Assembly (NCBI GenBank): GCA_964016885.1
Contig: OZ024744.1
Span: forward strand, 45,136,001-45,200,000
Direction: 5' to 3'
Source: Eledone cirrhosa
Lineage: Eukaryota
Length of the DNA: 64,000 bases
Notes under the pieces: model-generated
The model's database searches: none
What the model was told of the DNA's origin: nothing
The model's input: the letters and a program-made list of their open reading frames with translations, nothing else
Program-made: the position numbers and the translations under genes
In this document: positions 1 to 64,000 of the stretch, in pieces
Layout of the letters: the number at the start of each line of letters is the position of its first letter
How positions within the stretch are numbered: position 1 is the stretch's first letter

Positions 1-501
1 AATATATGGAAAATCTGAAGAAGTATTAATGAATTTTATCTTCCATTTGTCGATATCTCAGCTCCTCTCTCTTTCAATCTCTCTCTCGCTTTTTGTCTAC
101 TCGTCACGACCCCTCTCACTCACTCACTCTGGTGTTTGATGTTGATGAGAGTAGGAGGAGGTAAATGGTTTTCATGCTATCTTTCACCAATACTCAAATG
201 AATTTATATATATACGCAAGGGTCAACAAACACACACCCCCAAAACAAGGTGCAACCCTCCTTACTTTAGCAAGGATAGAGGGGACCCTAACAAAGCAGT
301 CGAAAAACAGAATGCTGGAGTCTGAAGGAAAGGACAATTAATGTTTAAAAGAAACTAAGAAAGCAAGTTACGCTAAACAACTTTTGGTCTATGTTATAAA
401 GTCCTCTCATCTTTAAATTTATACAAGGTGCCTTTTCTTTTATTTCATACAACGTGATTTGTATAGAAAGATAGAACGTTTTGAAACGTCCACACATTTT
501 T

Positions 502-555
<54 letters not shown>

Positions 556-1034
556 AAAAAAAATAAACACACCAATGGAAGGGGGACACGGGACAATGGT
601 ACATGTAAGCAAGTAACCGAGAGAATGGAGATCAAGTTAAAAAAAAGCCGTTGGGTTTAAGCCCGGGGCCATAATAAAGCAGCTAGGTATTCCACGTCTG
701 TCCTCAGCGAAAGCACAGCAGAAAGAGAGAAACGGAAGCGAGAGGGAGTAGAAGGCAGAGGGCGTGAGTGTGATTGGTAGAAAGGAGAGAGCGAAGGTCA
801 CAGCAATAAATAGCATAAATATGAATGAGAGGAGGGGCTGTATGGTTACTGATAACGGGTGTTAGAAGGTAAGGAGACACAAACTAGAGGTGGACAGTCT
901 CCCTTCCTATATATATGTGTGTGTGTGTACATATATATATATATATATATATAACGAAGGAAATGTGGTAAGGAACCAGGTGGACCATAACGCACCAAAG
1001 TACTCAATACTTAGGGTAGTAGAGTGGGTAATAA

Positions 1035-1136
1035 AAAGTAAGAGCCCGACAGTTGAGCTCAAGCCGTTTCGACGGCTAATTCTGGACTGGTCAGAATTAG
1101 CCGTCGAAACGGCTTGACCTCAGCCGTCGGGGTCTT

Positions 1137-1141
<5 letters not shown>
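1035..1141. repeat. About 50-bp-arm palindrome containing the 3' half of a hammerhead-like motif (Penelope-type terminal repeat)
   Basis: Arms 1035-1084 and 1092-1141, loop gactggt; GAAAC-GG-cttgagctcaa-CT-GTC on minus. Confidence 0.7.
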
Positions 1142-1189
<48 letters not shown>

Positions 1190-1194
<5 letters not shown>

Positions 1195-3830
1195 GAAAAA
1201 AACAAACAAAACACAGGAGAGGAACTCCAAGAGGGGGTAAGGAGGGAAGTAAAGAAGTAAAGCACACGAAAAGAAGGGGCAAAATAAAAATAGATATAAA
1301 AAGCAGATTTTAAATAAAAGTGAAAATAAAGTGGTGGGAGGAGTGTATAGGTCTAGGATGGGTGTGGTAGTGTGTATAGGGGTGGGTGGAGGCGAAGAGA
1401 AAGAGAAGGGGGAAGCAAGAAAATCAGAGTCCGGGCAGGGATGACGTATGGTAAAATGTGTGTGTGTAGAAAGCGTAGTGGTCATGCGAGGAGAGATAGT
1501 CGGTGTGTTTGGCAAGGCTCTGTCAATCACTCTTTTGATGGGTACATACGCGTATGTGAGCGTATATACTGGTATTTGTGTGTGTGTGTGTGTGTTTCAG
1601 GGTGTAGGTGCGTGTTTTTGTGGTATAAGGAGGGAAAGGACTAAACCAAGGGTGGGGTAGGGCCGGGGGTGGAGGTGTCTGGTGGTGAGTCAGTGGATTA
1701 GAGGGTGGCGGGGTGGAGGAAATGGGGTGAGATTAGGCGGTTACTGGTAGGTAGGTGTGCGTGGGGTGGCGTTATTAGTAGGTTAGTGATGGAGGGGATG
1801 GGTGTTAGTTGGGTGGCAAGGTGTGTGTGGTTATAGTAGGGGTAGGTGAAGGGAGAGAGGAAGGTGATTGGGTGGTTGGGGATGTTGGGGATGAGGTTAG
1901 TGTTAGGGGGGAGGTATGGGTGGAGGGTTTAGGTGGGGGTAGGGTGTTAGTTGTGTTAGTTGGGTGGCATGGTACGGGTGGGGGTGTATAGTTTAGATAG
2001 GGGTGGGTGGGTAGGTAGGGACGGGGGGTTTAGGTGGGGGTAGGGTGTTAGTTGTGTTAGTTGGGTGGCAAGGTACGGGTGGGGTGGTGATGGATGGGTT
2101 AGGTGGGGTGAGGGGTTATGTGGGGGGGGGGGGGGGTACGGAGGGGTAGGCGGGGGGGCTTACGGAGAGGTAGGCGAGGGTGGAGGGGGTCTCAGAGGTG
2201 GGTGGTGGTGGTTGGGGGAAAGAATGAGTTGAATTTGTGGGGCTTGGTGGAGGTGAAGAAAGAGAAGAGATCATGGTTGAGGTTATGGATGAAAAGAAGG
2301 ACGGAGCGGGTGAGGAGAGGGTGACAGGTGGAGTTGAGGTGAAGAAGGGTTAGGGGTAGGTTGCAGTCGAGGTTGCGGATAGTAGAGAGGGAGGAGCGGA
2401 GTGAGACACGCATGAGGAGATGGGAGGAGCGGAGTGAGACACGCATGAGGAGACGGGAGGAGCGGAGTGAGACACGCATGAGGAGACGGGAGGAGCGGAG
2501 TGAGACACGCATGAGGTGACAGGAGGAGCGGAGTGAGACACGCATGAGGAGACGGGAGGAGCGGAGTGAGACACGCATGAGGAGACGGGAGGAGCGGAGT
2601 GAGACACGCATGAGGAGACGGGAGCAGCGGAGTGAGACACGCATGAGGAGACGGGAGCAGCGGAGTGAGACGTGCATGAGGAGATGGGAGGAGCAGAGTG
2701 AGACGTGCATGAGGAGATGGGAAGAGCGGAGTGAGACGTGCATGAGGAGACGGGAGGAGCAGAGTGAGACACGCATGAGGAGAGGGGAGGAGCGGAGTGA
2801 GACACGCATGAGGAGAGGGGAGGAGCGGAGTGAGACGTGCATGAGGAGAGGGGAGGAGCGGAGTGAGACGTGCATGAGGCGAGGGGAGGAGCGGAGTGAG
2901 ACGTGCATGAGGAGATGGGAGGAGCGGAGTGAGACGTGCATGAGGAGACGGGAGGAGCGGAGTGAGACTCGCATGAGGAGAGGGGAGGAGCGGAGTGAGA
3001 CACGCATGAGGAGATGGGAGGAGCGGAGTGAGACACGCATGAGGAGAGGGGAGGAGCGGAGTGAGACACGCATGAGGAGATGGGAGGAGCGGAGTGAGAC
3101 ACGCATGAGGAGATGGGAGGAGCGGAGTGAGACGTGCATGAGGAGATGGGAGGAGCGGAGTGAGACACGCATGAGGAGAGGGGAGGAGCGGAGTGAGACA
3201 CGCATGAGGAGATGGGAGGAGCGGAGTGAGACACGCATGAGGAGATGGGAGGAGCGGAGTGAGACACGCATGAGGAGACGGGAGGAGCAGAGTGAGACAC
3301 GCATGAGGAGATGGGAGGAGCGGAGTGAGACACGCATGAGGAGATGGGAGGAGCGGAGTGAGTCACGCATGAGGAAATGGGAGGAGCGGAGTGAGACGTG
3401 CATGAGGAGATGGGAGGAGCGGAGTGAGACACGCATGAGGAGACGGGAGGAGCGGAGTGAGACGTGCATGAGGAGAGGGGAGGAGCGGAGTGAGACGTGC
3501 ATGAGGAGAGGGGAGGAGCGGAGTGAGACGTACATGAGGAGACGGGCGGAGTGGAGTGAGGATGTGTTGGATTGAGGCTAACAAGAAGGGGAGGCGTGGA
3601 AATAGAGTCGGAATCTGTGGGGGATGAGCTGGAGCTGGAGATGGAGGTAATGGCTGTGGAATTGGATGTGGCTGGAATGCTGGGTCTTAGCAAAGAGGAG
3701 GTAGGAGAGTTGGAGTGTGGGTTGAAGGTAGCAGGCGGGTTGGAGAAAGTGTATGAGGCGGGTGTGGAGTTGGTGGAGGAAGGATTACAGGTTAGGTATG
3801 GTAGGGATGGGGAGTGGGAAAGGGGTGTCC
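1190..3830 (-). mobile_element. Degenerate, internally deleted Penelope-like element (N-terminal region and 3' end, no RT seen)
   Basis: Minus-strand translations ...HSSHIQF...LIPHRFRLYFHAS... and ...IHNLNHDLFSFFTSTKPHKF resemble Penelope/Neptune N-termini from recollection; C-rich strand bias; next to the palindrome. Confidence 0.45.
2388..3545. repeat. 33-bp minisatellite, about 35 copies
   Basis: Unit (t/c/g)gggaggagcggagtgagac(ac/gt)gcatgaggaga; 11-aa periodicity in three ORFs. Confidence 0.95.
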
Positions 3831-4162
3831 TAAGGAGAGACGGTAGTCAAAAAAACAAAAGGAAAAACAAATTAAAAAAAAACATGGAAAGCAATGGGCG
3901 GAGGGGTCGTGAAGAGTGGATAGAAAGAGAGAGCGAGAGTGAGAGAGAGTGTGAGAGATAGAAAGAGAGAGAGTGAGAGGGAGTGAGATAGAAAGAGAGA
4001 GCGAGAGTGAGAGAGAGTGAGAGGGAGAGAGATAGAAAGAGAGCGAGAGGGAGGGAGATTGAAAGAGAGAGAACCGAAATATCAAAAAATGGAAGATAAA
4101 ATTCATTAATACTTCCTCAGATTTTTCCATATATTTCTACATTTATCTATTTATTTAAAAAA

Positions 4163-5729
4163 GTTCACAGGGGCTAAGCTGAACCGGGACAAGTCGATCG
4201 GTTTGCAACTCGGCACGTGGAGGGGCAGACCGATGCCCTCCGATAGCGTCGTCGGACGCTGGACGGAGGGCCCGGTGAAGTTGCTCGGGGTCTGGTTCGG
4301 ACCGGACCTCCAGGTGGAGAAAAACTGGGCGGAGGTTACGAACAGGGTGTTTGCACTGACCCAGAAGTGGGCCAGTTGCAAACTATCCCTGAAAGGTCGG
4401 GCGGAGGTGGCGAACACCTACATAGCGTCCGTCATCTACTACCGCCTGACCGTAGTGCCCTGCCCAAGGGAAACCCTCACCAAGATGGAGCGCGCGCTCT
4501 TCCAATTCCTTTGGAAGAGGCGGGCTCCTATGGTGAGGAGATCCATCTGCTGTCAACACCCTTCGAAAGGAGGGCTGGGGATGCCGTGGCTAATGATGCG
4601 TAAACACGCATTAAGGCTACGGCACCTCTACGTATTCCTCACCGGACAACCGGTGTGGGCCTCGTTTGTGAGACGAACCTTTCCCAGACTCGTCTCACTC
4701 ACCGAGCTGCAATCCTGGGTCAAGCAAAGACCGAGAAAACTGGGCGCCTGGCACACTGAGTGTGCCCAGGCGCTCACCGCCCTCTGGCAGGCGGATCCGG
4801 TTATCAGTGGAGACTCCACCGCAACATTCTATAGAGGGCTGGTACGCAGCAGGTGCGACGACGCCCTCGGAGAAGCCCTAGACATGGAGGAGGACGAACT
4901 GGCCAGCCTGTTCGGTAGGACATTCAGCCCGGGACCTATGGACAACTTCCAGAAGTCCCTGGCCTGGCAGTGCTACCGAGGGGCTTTACCCGTTCGAGAA
5001 AGGCTCTACAGACACGGGCGCCCGGGTAGGGACCCCGCCAAAAAGATCTGTCCCAGATGCGTGTGCGACGAGGAAACCGTTGCACACGCATTGGTACACT
5101 GCTCGGGCGTAGCCGATCTGTGGGGCTATGTCGAACAACTGCTGTCAAGGGTGGGACCGATCCAGTTGACCACCGAGTCTATTGTAATGATCAAGCCGCC
5201 TCCCCCCTTCAAAGATGAAGCAGAGGCGGTGTTTCTGTGCGTAATAGCCATGGCGAAAGAGGTTGTATGGTGGACGCGTCTGAAAGGACTGAGGTCAGGC
5301 ACCTTTCTCTCTGGCCAACAACTGGTCCGTTTCTTCCGATATCATTTCGGAAGAAGGATCAGGATGGAGAGAGAGGTGCTGCACCCCAGCCGTTTCTATG
5401 AAAGATGGGTGAAAGTGGCGAGAATGGCCCGTGTGAATGGGCCTTCACTCTACATCAGACTATAGGTGAGGAAGATGAAAGACCAAGGGAGCACCCCTTC
5501 TCTGTGCTCCTGAGGAGAAGGGTTGCACACTTTTTTCGGGGGTGTGTGCGACCCCCCAAGGCGCCTCCTTTCTATTGAGGATTTTGTTAAAAATTTTATT
5601 TTTTGTTATATCTTATTTTATTTTTATATTTTGTTATTGCCTCCTCCTTATTGAGGACGCCTTTTTGTGTAAACTCCCCCCTTTGTACTTGTCCCACTTT
5701 TGATGCCCTAGTGGCAAATAAAAGAAACA
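4163..5729 (+). mobile_element. 5'-truncated L1/Tx1-clade non-LTR retrotransposon (ORF2 C-terminus 4203-5465)
   Basis: VKLLGVWF, LSLKGRA, KGGLG, CPRC...ETVAHALVHC zinc motif; AT-rich 3' UTR ending aataaaagaaa; 19-bp target-site duplication tatctatttatttaaaaaa at 4144-4162 and 5730-5748. Confidence 0.9.
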
Positions 5730-6092
5730 TATCTATTTATTTAAAAAATTAACTGTGTTAGATATCAAATCAGTTAATATTTGAAATAATTTACAGTGGT
5801 ACATTCTCCGTACGTTTGAAATGACTGACAAATGTTTTTTTCTCCTAAAATATCCCATATTTACTTTATGTTCACTAATAGTAGACAGAGGTTTTCATAC
5901 AATTTCTTATCGTATTCATTTTGTTCAATGTCTTATCGTTTTACATATCTGAAAACAAACATAAAAATCACAGTAAACTTACAGGTATATATAAGACATC
6001 GATAATGTGATAAGTGGACAACTATAATTGTTTAGTATGTTATTTAACAACTGGCCCCGCCCCATCAAAGATGATGATTAATTGTAATATCT

Positions 6093-6375
6093 ATCATCGT
6101 CATCATCATCATCTTTGTTTAACGTCCATCTTCCACGCTAGCATGGGCTAGACGGGAGTTGTACCACTTGAGGCAAGGTTGGTCGGGTGACCGTGTCTCA
6201 CTCATATAGGACAATCTGGTAGGTTTTGTACGGCTGGATGCCCTTCCTAACACCAACCACATTTACAGTGTGGAACTGGGAACATTTTACCGTATTACCT
6301 ACATGGCCACATTACAGCATGGACTGTGTGTTTTTTTTTTTTTTTTTTTTTGTCGTGACACCTGCACGATCTTGA
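6093..6375 (-). mobile_element. RTE 3' UTR fragment
   Basis: (cat)n tail and ggatgcccttcctaacaccaacc motif shared with other RTE copies. Confidence 0.8.
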
Positions 6376-7204
6376 TCTCGGTATCTCATCTATATATAAT
6401 ATAAAAAAGAGGTTAGCTTAGCTCCGTAAATATACATTTGCTACTAAATTTTCTATAATCATGACAACAGTCCTAATAAAGAAAATTCATTCTTACATAC
6501 ACACGCACAGAGAGTGCACACACAGAACCTCACACTCACACTTGCACAAACAGAGTTCACACAGAACCTAACACACACTCAAAAAGGCATCAATAGACAA
6601 ACACACCCCAAACAGTTACTTGAAAAATGATATACAACCCAATATATATATATATATATATGTATACATTAACATACACATAATACCAACATCACTTCAC
6701 TTATATATGTACACAATATTTTATTTATTAGTTCCACCATACACATTACATAGACTTCCATGTATACAAATTCATAGAAAGGAGTAAAGTGTGGTTAGTC
6801 GTATGTGGGATGTCTAGAATTATGAGAGAAATATTCTACAGTTTCCGACTGGTCCTGAACATAAGAATTGACGAGAAGGCAAAGACTGTTCAAAATGAAT
6901 TATTGACTTGATTTTCTCATTTGTTTCTCTCTTTACGTTGCCTCACCATTCGTGTTTGTTTACCTGTCTCTCTTTCTCCACCCAACTCTTTTTATCCCAA
7001 TAACTTAATTTAGTTATTGTATCGCCCTAGCTTGAGGTATATGGTCTGTAATGCGAAGAAATACCTATGATGGCTAGTAGACCACTGATGACGGATATTC
7101 CTGGCTTCTATTTCTAATTCTTCATTTATTATATACACACATATATATATATATAGTGAAAGGATAAATTACTGAATAACTTATTAGATGATGTTATAAC
7201 TTAC

Positions 7205-63037
<55,833 letters not shown>

Positions 63038-63261
63038 CTGGAAAAATATATACGGAAGAAAATAATAATAAAAGCTAGAAGACTTTCTTGAGAAGAGATT
63101 ATTGTCAAGTTGAAGAAAGGGTAGAATAACTTGTTGTTTATTGAATCCACTAGATCCATATATACGGTTTGTTCTGTCAATGTCATGCTTACTTATCCCA
63201 CAAATCTAAAACTTACAAAAGGAGTAAAGTGTGGCTCGTCATATGTGGGTTGTCTAGAATT

Positions 63262-64000
63262 ATGAGACATATTTTTGGTCCCCATGTTGTAGAACATGCT
63301 TGAACTTTCTATCCTCTGCTTTCTTTATTGCAAGGTACACTTGTCTCCTAGCTTCTCTCCTGGCCACTTGATAGTGTTCTCTACTTCCCCCATCCTGCCA
63401 TACTTTCCAAGCCTGCTTTTTGGCCTTGATTGTCTCCTCCACCTTACTGTTCCACCACCAAGTTACTCTCCTCCTGCCAATAGGTCTCCTCCAGCCATAG
63501 ATTTCATCCTTCACTTTCAGCAGGTTCACTTTCGAGAATTCCCACTGTTCCTCTATATTGCACATCTCTAATTGCTCTTCCTTATTGTCAAAGGCTTCAA
63601 GTAATAAGCTTTTAAATTTGTCACTGGCTATGGGGTCCTTCAACTTCCATATTCTTCTCCTCAAGATAGTCCTCCTCTGTCGTCGTGTACATCTATTCCT
63701 AACTATGAGGTCACTAACTACTAGGCTATGCTGGGAGGTGCATTCTTCACGGCGGAGGGATTTAGTGTTTACAACAGACACTTTGTCACGTCTGTCTTCT
63801 AGTAAGGATATAATCTATCTGGCTGGCGTGTTCCCCTGATCTATAGGTGATCAAGTAGTTTTCTCGTTTTTTAAAGTTTGTGTTACAGATAGTTAGGTTA
63901 TTAGCGTCACAGAATTCCAGGATTCTGAAGCCTTCCTCATTTCTATTTCCAAACCCATAGCCTCCATGGATTCCATCATAGCCATCACTATGTTGTCCGA
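63262..64000 (-). mobile_element. RTE fragment (endonuclease-linker region) running off the window
   Basis: SQHSLVVSD, VTWWWN motifs. Confidence 0.88.

Larger units (their letters stand above)
1..4135. repeat. Pair of about 90-bp inverted repeats (1-90 and 4042-4135)
   Basis: aatatatggaaaatctgaagaagtattaatgaattttatcttccattt... is the near reverse complement of 4042-4135; the left arm may continue beyond the window edge. Confidence 0.8.

Noticed and set aside
1640-2220. G-rich tract as a telomeric or functional G-quadruplex element
   Set aside because: Irregular; explained as the complement of a C-rich low-complexity part of the decayed element.
2544-3575. 343-aa R/E-rich plus-strand ORF
   Set aside because: Lies entirely within a stop-free minisatellite, with no unique coding flanks or splice context.

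Overview
AT-rich animal genomic DNA, not prokaryotic. The SINE and RTE families resemble those of octopus/cephalopods (inference from recollection, not a search). Most ORFs in the track come from retrotransposons (three RTE families including one intact 1022-aa copy, CR1/L2, L1/Tx1, Penelope-like elements), their antisense shadows, or (TA)n microsatellites. The main signal is almost invisible in the ORF track: what looks like a dispersed satellite between 7.2 and 63 kb reads on the minus strand as a tandem array of about 41 symmetric phase-1 mini-exons with ag/gtaagt splice sites. 34 copies are a 60-nt exon (consensus about [20 protein letters not shown]) and 7 are a 66-nt exon (about GVTPVEIFVSDSGTHIRGGSKE). 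Only one reading frame stays open across the copies, third positions vary synonymously, and the only exon indel is 6 nt. This points to an unrecognised repeat-protein gene still growing by tandem duplication, including a near-identical 5.98-kb duplication. Hammerhead-ribozyme-like motifs are also present (a retrozyme-like unit near 17.2 kb and Penelope terminal repeats). All coordinates were read by eye.
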